A stretch of DNA of 61,569 bases, counting the filler, from Choristocarpus tenellus KU-1152 (taxonomy: Eukaryota > Protista > Phaeophyceae): NCBI GenBank assembly GCA_964200185.2. It is 13 parts of 13 records of this genome, joined end to end, with 100 filler letters (N's around TTAATTAATTAA, not from the genome) between each part and the next. Parts side by side here need not be neighbours in the genome. Positions count along the whole stretch, not along the records: positions 48,106 to 55,269 come from CAXNAD020006594.1; positions 55,370 to 58,498 come from CAXNAD020022116.1; positions 58,599 to 61,569 come from CAXNAD020023257.1; 10 more parts are not named here. One strand, given 5' to 3'. The notes below the pieces were generated by a model, which made no database searches, had not been told where the DNA came from, and saw only the letters and a list, made by a program, of their open reading frames with translations. Positions 48,343 to 61,493 of the stretch are shown one piece after another. A program made the translations under genes and the position numbers. How positions within the stretch are numbered: position 1 is the first letter of the stretch; every line of letters begins with the position of its first letter.

Positions 48343-50181
48343 CGAGAAGTGGCGAAGAGTGAACTGCTGGAAGCCATCTCCTCCCTTGAACGAGGACTAA
48401 TAGCATCAGAGGAGGACCAAGCTAGAATTGATACACTCGCACAACAGCTCGAGAGCGTCAACCCAACAAAAGCGTGAGTACTCACCATTGCAGCACATTG
48501 GCTTTTGTACCTAGAGCTTTTATAGTGAAGCATCTCTGCTTGTAGCAAGACCGTGCTAATTGTGTGTTCAAGTATAGGTTAGGTCCCTTTGTCTGGATAT
48601 CCTCCTTAATTTCCCAAGGTGATGAGTTAATAAGTCCTGCTCCCATCCAGGGCCCTTGCATCTCCACTTATCAACGGCCGCTGGGAATTAAAGTACACCA
48701 CATCCGCAAGCATCTTGGGCAGAGAAAAGCTGGCTCGTCTTCGTCCACGTGGCCCCATCTACCAGGTAGGTGACCAAATCTCTCAAATCTTGATTATATA
48801 TGCATAATTTTTTTCCTAGGACATGAATTCATTATGTCTGATCATGGAGACCTACATGTGCATTCCGTCATGTCCATTCCAAAATTCAGTATGTTACGTT
48901 CTCCTTGAGGTGTGAAACTGCATGTTTTTCCATGCCCCTCAACTTTTTGGAGGGAGAGACAGACAACATTTACGATACATCCCCGGGACCTCAGGCAAAC
49001 TGCATGTTGCCCAGAGTAGTAGGTGCGATGATGGTAATAGTCATATACTTATGTAGAGTTTGTCATGTACCTTTGAGGCCACAGCCAAGCTACAAGTGTA
49101 ATATTGTCTACAGTGAACATTGTTCTTATTTTAAGGAATAGATGTGCTCTGGAGTGTATGGTATTTATTGTTTGCATCACACTTGCTGGTCTGGAGTGTA
49201 TGTAGCTTGCCTGTGCATCTCATTCTTTCCTGCAGCTGGTCTAGACAAAAAAATGCACCGCCTCCTGGTGTATGCCCTGCTCCTTACACATTATGATCAG
49301 CTTCTACACTGCTTTTTACGATTTCCCATCCCTCGAAACCAGTGTGTACTCACCTGGCAGTAGAGCTGCACTGGATACAGGGCAGCACTGAGTTGTAGTC
49401 CAGGGCACCAGCCGCATGGATTTGCCAGGCACCAACCATCGAAAATAGATTCTTGATTGAGAAAATTCCATGCTGACAGAAGTTTGCAACTCAGGGTAGA
49501 AGGAAGCACTAGTGTTGCCCACTTCCCCACAGTTATTGTTACTCCCAGTAGTATTGTGGTACTCTTCATATTTGTCTGAGGGGTACCAGATACCTGATTG
49601 AAGGAACCGCAGAGGAGAAGCAATGAAAAACAAGCCATTGAAAAAGTAATCCTGTGATGACTACTGCTAACCCCCCCACCCTCTTGCTGCTGGTATCTAT
49701 CTACGGTCCAGGACATTGATGCTATTGGACTCCGAGCTAGAAACCTGTCAAAGATCAAGCCCTTACCGTTTGTAACAGTGGGCAACTCGGTGAGAGTGTG
49801 CTGGAGATGCCCTTTCTGAAGTATACATTGTGCTCTGTTGTACCTCTTGAAATACCTTACTTTTTTTTTTCTTGGTTATTTTTTTTTCTTCGTGGAGTTT
49901 GAACTCTCTCACATTTTCCTGCTTCATACTTGAGGCCATGATGAATCTGACCAGATCCGTTTTTCTGTATCAAGGTGAGGGCGGCCCTCACCCCAACGAG
50001 TGAATCTGCTGTAAATGTGCAGTTCCTTCAGTTTATGGTGGGGCCGATCAAGATCAAGGCCCCGGAAAGAGCAAAGGGTGCCCTTGACACAACCTATCTG
50101 GACGAGGATCTTCGTGTCAGCAGAGGGGACAAGGGGAATTTGTTTATCCTAACCAAGACTGATCTGGAGCCTGAACTGTGA
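48343..50181 (+). CDS. Plastid lipid-associated protein / fibrillin (PAP_fibrillin), 4 exons, N-terminus unresolved
   Basis: Exons 48343-48473 ([43 protein letters not shown]), 48651-48765 ([22 protein letters not shown]...RPRGPIYQ), 49712-49789 and 49975-50181 (...[25 protein letters not shown]...*). Phases are consistent and the hallmark fibrillin motifs are present. Confidence 0.95.
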
Positions 50182-51915
50182 TGAAATTTTTGCTACGATC
50201 CATGTTCTGCGCATGTTGGTATTCCTTTTTCCTCGTGATACGAGTGTGTGGCCCACACGAAAATATCAAAGATCAAATATACTTCGTTTTTTTGTCAGAT
50301 GGCATTCCAACTTGTGTAATGAAAGGGCTTTTTTAAGAATGTCACAGGTGTGTCTGTGTGTTTTCTGTTGGAAGAGTCTTCTTGGTCAGTGAGTGGAATT
50401 TCTTGTCAATCTCTCTGGTGCTGTGCTGAGTAGAGCTGGTGTTGCAGCGCCCCCCTTCCCTGGTCTGCAGTAGCGGTAATATAGTTAAGTTAACCAGGAA
50501 GCTTGATAGGGTGGCCACTTCAGAACCGGCTGATGTGCCCACAACCTGTTGATACACCATTCGCACCTCGAGCTCATGAACAGTCACATCTCTAGCAATG
50601 CCTGTTTGATCTAGAACTAAATGTTTCTCTGTGTATTGTGGTGAGCAAGCACCGGGAATATAGATTACTTGGATTTTATATTGCTGCATGGTCTTGAGAG
50701 TGTTCATGGAGCATCCCTGAAAAATGGGCTTTGCTGTGTTGGATGTTCATGTTTTGAGTTGCGCCGTTGCCTCATGTTGATGCTCCAACAACTCCTCAGT
50801 ATACACGCAAGTAGAGCTCTAGCTAATACTTGCAGCATAGTGTGAGTTACATGATGAGTATATGTGGTGTGTTATTTGTTGAAAAAATGGGAGAGCTCCA
50901 CACGTTCAAGATTGGTGTTAACCTCCCCCCCCAAGCATTCACATATATTATACCAGGTAATGCCAACCCTCAACAATGATTCTACTATGTATGGAACTAC
51001 CATGGAACTCTGTGTACACAAGTAGGCAAGCATCAATGTTCTGGTTTTTGGTAGCCCTGTAGCACACTGGGATTTATCTCTACATTACTCTGTAAGATAG
51101 CTGAGTGATTGATACTTTACATAGTTTTCAATGTATTGATAGTTCATGATTAATATATACAAGTGTGTGTTAATGTTTTTTGCATCCCTTCTCAAGGTGT
51201 ACCAATTCATAGTGTGACCACTTCAGCTTCTTGCTTCCCTGTTGCAGCAGCATGGTTGAGTCGCCACTGCTGCTCTAGCTGGGTGACGTCGTTGTGTGTG
51301 AGGGTAGAAGAAAGACAGTTTTTCCCACAATATTTCCTTAATTGGAGGCTTAAGATTGAGAAATTGAGCTTGTCGAAAAGGTGAGGAGTGCTTTGTCAGA
51401 GGATGTACATGCTAGTTTCTCCTGTAGTGTAGGTGTTGAGAGTTACATACTAACATAATTTTCTTACGATGCCATACAGTACAAAGTATTGTGCACTCTT
51501 GAGATATCCAGTACCTCTGGATAGGCGCTCTTGATCGGTAGTCCTTGGAGTATGCATTTGGGGCAATGAGCCACGGCATACAGTGCAATGATATGGTGGA
51601 TAACATACTCACAAGCTCGCAGAATCGTAATACAATTTCGTGTTTATTCGTTTTGTACTGGGAGTTTTTAGGAATGTAGAGGTCAGTCCACCTGGAGATC
51701 AATTAATTGCAACACTGATACACTGGGCACTAGCAGAGCAGAACCTATCGACCAAAATCGAATCAGTTATGGTGTACTAGAGTATGACCCGATATATATA
51801 TATATATAATAGGTGGAGGTTTCGTCGGCAGTATGTGGTGCCACCGCGCAGTAAGCTGTTGGCATTATTTTAGGTATGTATACCTGTGCCATCAGCAATG
51901 AGCATTACACCATCA

Positions 51916-52095
51916 GGCTCAAAGTATTCAGTGGGGGTGGCGCGGCTGTCCATTTGAGGCCCATTTTTCCTTCTCTCAATTTCTGGGTGATTTGGTTGCA
52001 TACGTCGGATTGGTAATTTAAGTGCATTTTTGGTGGTCATGACCCAAATGGACACCCTCGTGTAGACCCCCTCCCCCTCCCAGATACTTCGAGCC
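51916..52095. mobile_element. MITE family B, full length, TSD ATCA
   Basis: ATCA-GGCTCAAAGTATTCAGTGGGG...CCCAGATACTTCGAGCC-ATCA. Confidence 0.93.
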
Positions 52096-53969
52096 ATCAT
52101 AGACCAAAGAAGCAGGTCTAGACTGTGGGTGTTTCTCGCTTTCGAATAGATACTGTTGATAATGTAGCAAGCATGTCGTCTTGTTATCGCAAACTATGGT
52201 TAATGCTATCAATACATAAACCATTTTTTTAGAAATTATTCATGATGAGCTAGGTGCAAACAGGTAAACTTGCCTCTGAGTATTCTTGTAGAATATACTT
52301 TTGATGTGTGTTAGAGGACCTTGCACTTGAGGTATTCGTGAAGAGTATCGAAATTCATCATAATATGGTATATGCTATCTTGGTGTTTTTTTCGAATCAT
52401 GCATTTCGCGTAATAATGAACAAATACCATCCATGCCTGGATGTGAGAGGCATTCATCAAATAGATACATCAGAAAGAAGACACGAGGAGTGGGTGACCT
52501 TTGGGACATGCAGTAGGGTGGATGAACAACAATGCATGTACACTGAAGTATAATAGTAGGTGGTTCCGAGTAAGTGACTCAAAGGTATGCAAAGGTGAAC
52601 CACTTTCCAATTTTTCAAGTAATAGTCACGATGGATAACTTCTCGATGACCCAAAATATACTCGAAGTTAGTGGTAAGCACTACAGATCGTAAACCTACC
52701 TATACTACTATTGTTTCACTACCTCATATTATATCCTCTATAACTATTCAACTAAAACGTAGAGAAAACACAAAAAAAAATCATTATGAACTGATGCTCA
52801 TACAAATTTGGGAGAAATGAAGGGTGGGGAAAGAAATGGTGGGATTGCTGAACTTAACGGACAAAAAGGGAAAGGGTATTTGGTCATTTGTTTGTAGTAC
52901 TGACTGTTGATTCTAGTACAAAGAAGCATTATGGTCCTCCCAATTTAAACTTTACACTGCCACATCAATGACTAAAAAGATACGAAGTATTAGTACTACA
53001 GTTTTATCGTAGTAGTGGCGATAGTTTATATATGTAATGTTGCTTCCTTCTCGATAGTATGATAAATTAATCATTACATCATGATTAGAAGTAATATGAA
53101 CAAATCATATCATACAAATCAACTAAAATACTGTTTTTTATTTCGATGTCATCTATATCTTACATACATCAATAGTTGTATGTTAGTTTTACATTACTAC
53201 TCACTGACTACTGCTGTTGTTTTACCCCCAACAGTATTTTTGGAGTGTGAGATCGTTGGACGTTGGATCATATCAACCATCACACATCCCATCCTCCTAG
53301 TCTGGAGATTTTATACCGTTGCCCTTTCTGTAAGGTGACAAACAGAGGACTGATAGTAGTCCACAAGGTCTTCAAACCACGCACAACGGAGAAGGTATAT
53401 CGGGATAATTGTTCACCGACAACAGAGCTGGGGTGATCTATCGTCATCGTCCAGTTCACTATCACATTGTTGTGTGTGTCCGAGTTTTTGGTGGTTAGCA
53501 TATATAGAGTGAGAACGCAACAGAGTGTCCAGGCCCTCGTTGGGGCCTTGACGTAGCTTTGATATATCGAGTGAGTCATGACGTGGATCAAAATCCTATT
53601 CGAACTTCCTGTTAGGCTCCATTCTTCTGAATCTCTTTCCCTTGCTATATAGAGTCAGATAGATGGGAGGGTAAGGTAACTTTTTATGTTGATGTTTTGA
53701 ACTAACCTTACCCACTAGAGCTATACAGTCCTCCTGGATACCTCAATCCAAATGATGAGCCACCACTCCCTGATTAATCTCCAAAGTAAGATCTCGCCAA
53801 GCTCAGGAGTTGCTACATTGAACAACTAGTTTGATGCCTCCGATTTGTTGTGTGGAACCTGATGCCCATTTCGTCTCCACCTATCGCAGATTCCATGCTC
53901 ACCTCTCAAACAGGAGCTAGCACTCAGCGGGGACAACCACGGCCCCAAACTTTAAGTAGAACGGGGTCG

Positions 53970-54886
53970 ATGGGGAAGATGGAGCAACCATGGCTTGTGA
54001 TTGGTTGCCGCGTGGTCACCCTTCCTAGAGGGCTGGTAGGAACAGTCAGGTCGGCGTCCCACCTCCATTGCGGTTTTTCTTTTGCTGTTGCTTTGGATAC
54101 TTCTACACCTTCGCCTCTAGACTAAAGTTTGTTTTGGGCTGTCTGTATCGCTATCCTGTGGAGATTCGTTGTTGACAGAATATGTTGTATACTATGAGGA
54201 GGGAGGTCCATCAGTGTTGTCTTGTAGCGATATGTGTGCGGACAATCTTATGGCGTTCACCCAACAATGTGCTCAGTACGATTGACTGAAACAGATTGCA
54301 AATCGCCCTACTAGAACGGGCTTGGACTTCAGAGCGTCAGGCACAGTTTGGTTTCCGTTGACTTCTTGAAGCCTCAGTAATTTCGCTTCCTGTCCGATGG
54401 CCAATAAAACAAGGGGATCTCTTGTTCCCTTTTAGTCATCTCTTTGGTGATTTGCTAGCGAACGTCTATTGTTCTAGTCTACGGTGCCTATGGGTCACCT
54501 CACGTTGGCAAGGGATACCCTTTGCGAACTTCTCGTACATTTTTTCCTGTCATGAGTGGAGGTATGGTGAAGAATTTATACTGGGAGGCACTGTGGTTGA
54601 CATGTCTCCACTCGCCACTTAGACTCCCTCCCCAGATGCATTCTGGTTCATGCTAAGATAGCAATCAATGCTAACATCCGATTTTCGACAATAGTCCTAA
54701 TGGAGATCCAAAATAACCTGATAATGCGCCAGGTATAAGGGCCTATCAAAATTTGCTGACGGTCCCTGGGTGGGTGTGGAGTTGGATTTGAAAACAGGGA
54801 GAAACAACGGCTGTGTAGGGGGGGTGCGCTACTTTGATTGCCCTGATGACCATGGGGTCTTCGTGAGGCCCTCCAATTGTGTTCCG
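53970..54886 (+). CDS. CAP-Gly domain protein, 5' part, 2 exons
   Basis: Exon 53970-54049 (MGKMEQPWLVIGCRVVTLPRGLVGTV-ag) and exon 54733-54886 (g-YKGLSKFADGPWVGVELDLKTGRNNGCVGGVRYFDCPDDHGVFVRPSNCVP) join in phase 2 and give a full CAP-Gly motif. Confidence 0.93.
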
Positions 54887-55448
54887 GTACGTGGGTTCCT
54901 TCTGCTTTCGAATGAATTTCGATGTGTAGGGACTGGAGAGCTTCAAGGGGGATGGTAAACTGTTTCTTGCTGACCAATATACACAAGTTGTGGACATCAT
55001 GCAGCATAATTTGTCTGTTTTCCCCCCCGTATGTGTACATCGACGGCATGCATCCTCATTTTGTATTTCTACCTGTAACCGCCAAAGCAACACATGGCCT
55101 CCTTTAGACCACTGCAAGTAGGTATTTTGAATCGAATTTCGTGACCCGTGTTTACCGTCAGTTACGCTTTCGATCATCTTTCCCTCCCCCCCCCCCCCCC
55201 CCCCCCCGCCCCCCCCACCCCCCCCCCCTCCCTCCCTCCCTCCCCCACACCCTCGCCGCCGCGCTTCTTNNNNNNNNNNNNNNNNNNNNNNNNNNNNNNN
55301 NNNNNNNNNNNNNTTAATTAATTAANNNNNNNNNNNNNNNNNNNNNNNNNNNNNNNNNNNNNNNNNNNNACAACCGCACTGGCGAGAGGGGAATGGGAGA
55401 AAGTAATAGAGCGTGGGGGGATGGGGGGGGGGGGTCGCCTGGTCTGAC

Positions 55449-55572
55449 CTTATTTATAAATATATCAAGGCTTCCACCAAACTGGTTATCCATCAGGCTA
55501 ATCTGGCAAGCCCAGGCTGCAGTCCAGCCCATGGCCTCGCTCTGTATCACTTCTGAAGCCTCTGGTGCGACC
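55449..55572 (-). CDS. Possible orphan internal exon
   Basis: TTAACAG acceptor, open frame VAPEASEVIQSEAMGWTAAWACQISLMDNQFGGSLDIFINK, then an AAG/GTCAGA donor. Confidence 0.4.
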
Positions 55573-56810
55573 CTGTTAAATGATATCTTACCCACCCCGG
55601 CCCATATCCCGAGGACAAGACTATTAACTAGAACTCTATTAGGTCATTATTCATTTTTATAGAACCACTTTTTTTAAAATGTGATTTGCCCCCCTCTTCG
55701 TATGATTGCTACCACTTAGTATGATATTGGTTGCTAATTTAGCAGATTGAATCCAAGTGCGGACATACCAAGTGCCCACTACATTGTGGATCTTTGTTGT
55801 GTGAATATCATGACATTTTTTGCGATCCTGTGTCTGGAATAAGACCAGGAACTATTGATACGGGTGATGGTTCCAAAAAACAACAGTGATCTCTCAACGT
55901 CTTTGGGGGCAGTTTTTTGGAATAAATTAAGTATATTATACTGAATTACAACAGTTCATTGAAAAAATAGAGTGTCTCAAGTGCAGATGCCCACCATACA
56001 CAACGTGGAAATGTTGGGCACTACAAGCATTCTGAGCTATCCTATCGTTGAGGGGGTGGCGGTGAGTATTTTGGGCCCCTTCAGGCACAACATGTGCTTG
56101 TAGCAATCTGAAGGGGATTGGTTGTATTTCAGACACGTGAATGAGGTACTCGGTTGAAAAATGTTAAAGATCTAAATGCTCAAAAGGACCAGAATAGACC
56201 CCCATCTAAGACAGGGTGACTCTCTACATTGGCGTTCTAAGATAAAGCTATGGTTTTATGCGCAGAACTGTATGACAAACAACCATCGGCGATAAGTGTT
56301 CGTTTACTGACAAGTTCATAGTGCACAGAAATCGGAAATTTTCCGGATTAGTGTGTGACCTTTGCCAAAGACATCACTTATCTTGAACACTGCTGTAAAG
56401 TTGATATTGCAGGGCTTTTTGGAAGGTCTCCAATGAACTACAGAGCCAAATGCACACCTACATATATGCAACATATATTTCGGTTCATTCCTTTAAAATA
56501 GGGTGCGTTCTTGTTGATACGTACAGCAAAGCTCAATATGTGACCATATAACTCCTGTTGTATAGAGCTCTACTACTATAGAAGAGCCCTACCAAGCCCA
56601 GGTTAAGTTTCAATTGTCCATGCACACCATACAGGAGGTGTATTTAAACTAAGATCGAAGCAGTAGCATATTTTGCTGGGTTGAAGGCAAGCAAGAGAAG
56701 GCCATATTTGTTGTGTAGAGAATCTCATATTATTTCTCTTGAGAAGTCGTCTGTTATGTCAGTGATGGTGATGGGAGAGACCTTTTGCAACTGACTCAAC
56801 ACTCCAAGAC

Positions 56811-57365
56811 CTACTGATGACCCTGCTGCACACTTGGATCGCCTGCTTCCCCAAGGGAGCTAGAACTGCTGCCAACTGATTCTGTTGTGTCATCCTCTCC
56901 CTCTACATCCCCCACCCTTTTACTTGCCCCCTGGATCTTCCCCTGCTCCTTTAATTGCTTTAATATTTTTTTCTGTGCTCTAAACACAACCGAACACTGT
57001 CCAGTCAGCATCTCAGTCCTCTCCTCAAACTCTTTTCGCATGGCTTGGAGCATCCTCAAGCCACGCCTTTTCTCCCTTTCTACCAATACTGTATCCAACT
57101 CTCTTTCAATCTTTTCCTTGAGAGCACCCTGCCAATCCTGTTGGGTCCATGCCTTTTCTCTCTCCACATCTCTCCTTAAGACGTCCAGGTCATGGAGGGC
57201 TGTTTGCACCAAAGACTGGAGAGATGGATCAGCAGCTGCTTCAGCTGGGGAAGCACTACTGGCAGCCGATGCAACAGGAGGAGCTGCGGGCCTGCCTTTT
57301 GCACGTTGCTTCAACAAGGCTGATTTCCTTTGTTGCTCTTGTTCAAGCAGTTCGAACACATACAC
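56811..57365 (-). CDS. Probable terminal exon of a coiled-coil protein
   Basis: AAAG acceptor, then 184 codons rich in E/K/Q/L heptads (ALHDLDVLRRDVEREK...LKEKIERELDTVL) ending at a stop. Confidence 0.7.
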   Translation of the reverse strand: MYVFELLEQEQQRKSALLKQRAKGRPAAPPVASAASSASPAEAAADPSLQSLVQTALHDLDVLRRDVEREKAWTQQDWQGALKEKIERELDTVLVEREKRRGLRMLQAMRKEFEERTEMLTGQCSVVFRAQKKILKQLKEQGKIQGASKRVGDVEGEDDTTESVGSSSSSLGEAGDPSVQQGHQ

Positions 57366-58433
57366 CTTTTTTCACAGTTGAGAAGTCAGCAATGAAAAAG
57401 GTCTGTTCATTGATCAAAAGAATAGTTGGACTGATGCGTAGGTCCACAGCAACAGGATATCTATGCCCCAAGGAACTAGTAAGTTGAGAAACTCTACAGC
57501 CAAACAAAGCAAACATACTGCACACTGTACCATAAAACTTACGCCTTCCTGAAATACTGAACTGTGGAGGAATGCAGATGCAACGATAAAGATTAGGCAA
57601 TCTGCACGTTGTTCAAAGTTGTCGTTCCAATGATCCTTGCCTTATCCCTTGTTTGCCCCTCCATTCACATTTTTCCAGTATCTACTGTTTGTTGCTTTCC
57701 GCCAATCCCATTAGTATATGTCCTAATCTATGCTTGACCCTGCAAAGGCGTAATACAAACTTAAATTGCAAGAGAGTGTTGCTGGCACCTTGATACTGGA
57801 CAGGGTCGAATTGCAGAGCTTGACCAACCGCTGCTGGGCTAGGTCGTAGTTACAGTGGAAGCAGGGAAGTCGGATAGTGCACTGCAAGGGCACATAAATA
57901 AGAGCCAACACACACACCAAGTCACGATGGCAAGGAAATAACGGCTTAGAAGTGGTATCGCACACAAAGCAGGTAGAGATTAATGTATGCTCACGTTTTG
58001 TGTTGTTGGATTGTGTTTTGGACAAAGATAAAAAGAGTGCTTCCCAGTAGCAATGAAGGGTGACGTGTTCTCGCCATGCTAGTGAAACTAGCGTTCTTAA
58101 ATTGAAATCCATAAGCGACTCTACTCCTCATGCAAAGCTCCTTGACTGGCCACCAGCTATTGCTTGAGTAATCTGAGACCGCTCCCAACCTATTGTTGCT
58201 GTCATTTGTCAGAGGCACTTGCATTTTCGTTGGACTCATTGCGAGTTTTAGTTCCCCAGGAATAAAACAATGTTTCTTTTGGTGAACTATGGTACTACTA
58301 TTATCGTTTCTATGCTATTGAGGATAGAGTTCCAAAACATGCTACACCTATGCCACCATAATGTTGTATACACTTCTTCCTACACTCCTAGTAGACTTTA
58401 TTTTCTGTAGGCAGGATAAGAAAGATGGTCTTT

Positions 58434-58498
58434 GACCCAAAGTATCTGGGAGGGGGGGGGGGGGGCTACACCAGGGTGTCCATTTGGACCCAAATCAG
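58434..58498. mobile_element. MITE family B, partial at contig end
   Basis: GACCCAAAGTATCTGGGAG(n)CTACACCAGGGTGTCCATTTGGACC. Confidence 0.9.
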
Positions 58499-58598
58499 NN
58501 NNNNNNNNNNNNNNNNNNNNNNNNNNNNNNNNNNNNNNNNNNTTAATTAATTAANNNNNNNNNNNNNNNNNNNNNNNNNNNNNNNNNNNNNNNNNNNN

Positions 58599-58737
58599 GT
58601 GTCCATTTGGACCAAAATAAGGAAAAGTGTATTTACAGTATCCATCCGACGTATGCAACTAAATAACCCAAAAATCGAGACATGAAAAAATTGACCCCAA
58701 ATGGACAGTCACCACCCCCTCTCAGATACTTTGAGCC
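58599..58737. mobile_element. MITE family B, partial at contig start
   Basis: B body ending CTCAGATACTTTGAGCC. Confidence 0.9.
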
Positions 58738-58905
58738 TTAGGAAGTGTCAATATCCATGTTCTGGACACAGCTTTTCATAACGTACACATTTTACCTACT
58801 CCTAAACATTTGGGAGTAGGAAAATGTCATAAAAAAAAACTTGGGAAGCCAAGTCCCAAATGGACAAACAAGGAAAAACTCGTACCCTCTAAGATACTTT
58901 CACTC
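58738..58905. mobile_element. MITE family A, partial, directly abutting a B end
   Basis: Begins mid-element (TTAGGAAGTGTCAATATCC) and ends TACCCTCTAAGATACTTTCACTC. Confidence 0.9.
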
Positions 58906-61044
58906 AGAGCAAGATAGGACAGAGGTGGTTCATCCCAGGGACAGTCCCCTGTAACTACAAGAGGTGTATTCATACAAGAAAGCTAACACAAAGAAGTATC
59001 GCGCTCAAGGCAATAGCGTTCCTGAAAGGATTTTAGAAGACAATGCATGGGATACAGACTATGTATTCAAATATGAAGCAGTCGGATTGGGTGTCATCAA
59101 TATTGCTTTTCGTGCAGCTGGCTCACAATAGCACATATAGCGCTACTGTAAAAGATTATTTAATTTAATGTTTAGGAGACGTCCCACATAACCAATCGAT
59201 ACTATTTGGGGAGAGCCATAAGCCCTCCCTGTCTTTATACAAGAGTACAGTAAAGAAGTAGTAGTTTGCATTTAACTGGCATATGAACTTGCTACACAAA
59301 GTACCGGTGAAGTGACTTTGCACAACGAATCCAAGGCTCCAAGGTCACTGAACATACTATTCCTATTTATGGAGTTGGTGCTAAGGTGTGGCTACGCAAA
59401 CCTCATACTTGGGTGGTCCTTCCTAGCCCAAAGTGATTGTCTCCATGGAGAGGACCATATGAAGTATAACACAGAATAGCACCGGTAGTCTGTTACGTGA
59501 AGGCGCAGACCGACCATAGCATGTGTTAAACCCCATAAAGAGGCACCCCCCTGAACCAGAAATCTACTCTTTCAATTCTTTGTTTTTGGGAAGAATAAAA
59601 CCTGAACCAGGTGTTGAACATGGAAGAAACTCCTCAGTTCGTTAAGATGATTTCAGCATACAGATTACGATAACAGATTACGATAACATATCTTGGTGCT
59701 CCCTTTGAGAAAAATGTACTGACGCTGAAGTTTTCAAAATCTCCCCGTGACCGAGGTATACCACTGCCAAAGTCCTTACATCTTCTCCACACCGCCCCTT
59801 TACCACAATAACCGAAGGGCCATCAATATCTTCACTGACACCCGACTCAATCAATTGCCACCATCACTGTCAATAACAATCAACATGCTTTTGCATCGAA
59901 CCCTCAGGGTTATGTCGTTGCGACGATATCCTACTACTCACAACGTGGGTTGACGGTCTAATATAGCATCAGACTCCACTAAAAGAAGTTGAGATGAAGG
60001 TTTTAATTACTTTCAAAGGCAAACTCGTCTTCAGGTTCTCACCTAGATTGTTAAAGTTTTTTTCGTTACATTATGCACACACACAAAATTGTTCAACCAC
60101 ACCCAATGGATATTTTGATAGGTCCACACTTCTAAGTGGTGGTCAGGGCTTTGTCCCTTTATGACAAGCATGAAAGGAAGAAGATCCTCTTACACCTCTT
60201 TCTTTGTCTCCACGCTTGCTTTCACCATACCGTCAAAATGAGTAATTGATGTGAATATTCAGCATGGTTATTTATACGTTTGAATCCTTTCATCATAAGC
60301 AGTTGTTGAGATCCCTCGACCCTCTCTCAATGTTTTGCCCTCTTACGCAGTAATGTATTTTTGTTTTGACCAGTAGAAGAATATTGCGTTTCTCGTAGAC
60401 GGGCACATGATTTCTGCTCCTGGGACGTCTAAGTGTTTGAAAATGGTAGACAACCTAACCTCATCGATCCAGATATTAAGGTTACAAACAAAAATGTATG
60501 AAGAAAGGTGAGGAGGTAATTCCTTTCGCCTCAAGAAAGAATAAAGAGTATGCAGAGTTCTCAAAGTGAAGTGGACAATCCTCTCCTGACAATGGCAGGA
60601 TTTATTTTCTTTTGCTCTCAGGGAGGCAAAGACAAATAACCTTGGGCAATGGTCTATCCCCAAGAAGTTAACCACTGGTCCGATTCCTTCAAACCCTCCG
60701 CCTCAGTCCAGCTCCTCTTACAAAACACGCCAACCACGACCAAGAGTAGGATGCAATTGTTACCCGATCGCTGTTGCATTAGCTAAGACACTGTAACTTG
60801 GTCACCAAAATGATCAAATACCTCTTTGATAACAAAATTCCTGGGATGATATTTTCATAACGAGTTTTTCATCATGAACATGATTTTGGGGTTCCAATCC
60901 TGCATAATTATCCACATGAATGTTCATGGAATACCTGGATGATTCATCTCCTTCTTTTCATCATTTTTTCCCACACTGAACAAAAACTGGAGTTCCAACC
61001 CTGTACAACCTGTCAAAAATCTCCCTTAAATTTGCCACATGAAA

Positions 61045-61304
61045 GAGTGAAAGTATCTTAGAGGGTGCGAGTTTTGCCCTGTTTGTCCTTTGGGGCTTGG
61101 ATTCTCACATTTTTTTTTATGACATTGTACCTACTCCGAAACATTTCGGAGTAGGTACAATGTGTACGTTATAAAAAGGTGTGTCCAGAACAGGAATATT
61201 GACACTTCCTACCAAACACGATACCCCAAATCACCTCAAAATCGAAACATCAAATTTTGGTCTCCAAAATGGACGCGGCTCTACCCTCTAAGATACATGG
61301 ATTC
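61045..61304. mobile_element. MITE family A, full length, degenerate right tip
   Basis: GAGTGAAAGTATCTTAGAGGGTG...TACCCTCTAAGATACATGGATTC. Confidence 0.92.
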
Positions 61305-61493
61305 AAAACTCTTGGGATACCCAGATTATTCGTTTTCTTTCCTCCCAGTGGGGAATTTCTTCCATGATGTGCTGCCCAGCCATTCTTTTGTCCCATGCAG
61401 ATAGAGTTCACACTGGGGGGGAAGATGTGACGGACAGGTAACGTTGGAAGTTGATCTCAGTCAAATGCATTTCCGCGCCCACACACAATTGAA

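Noticed and set aside
55449-56928. Splicing the coiled-coil exon to the 55572 exon through a GGG/GCAAGT donor
   Set aside because: The donor is phase 0 while the downstream exon needs phase 2.
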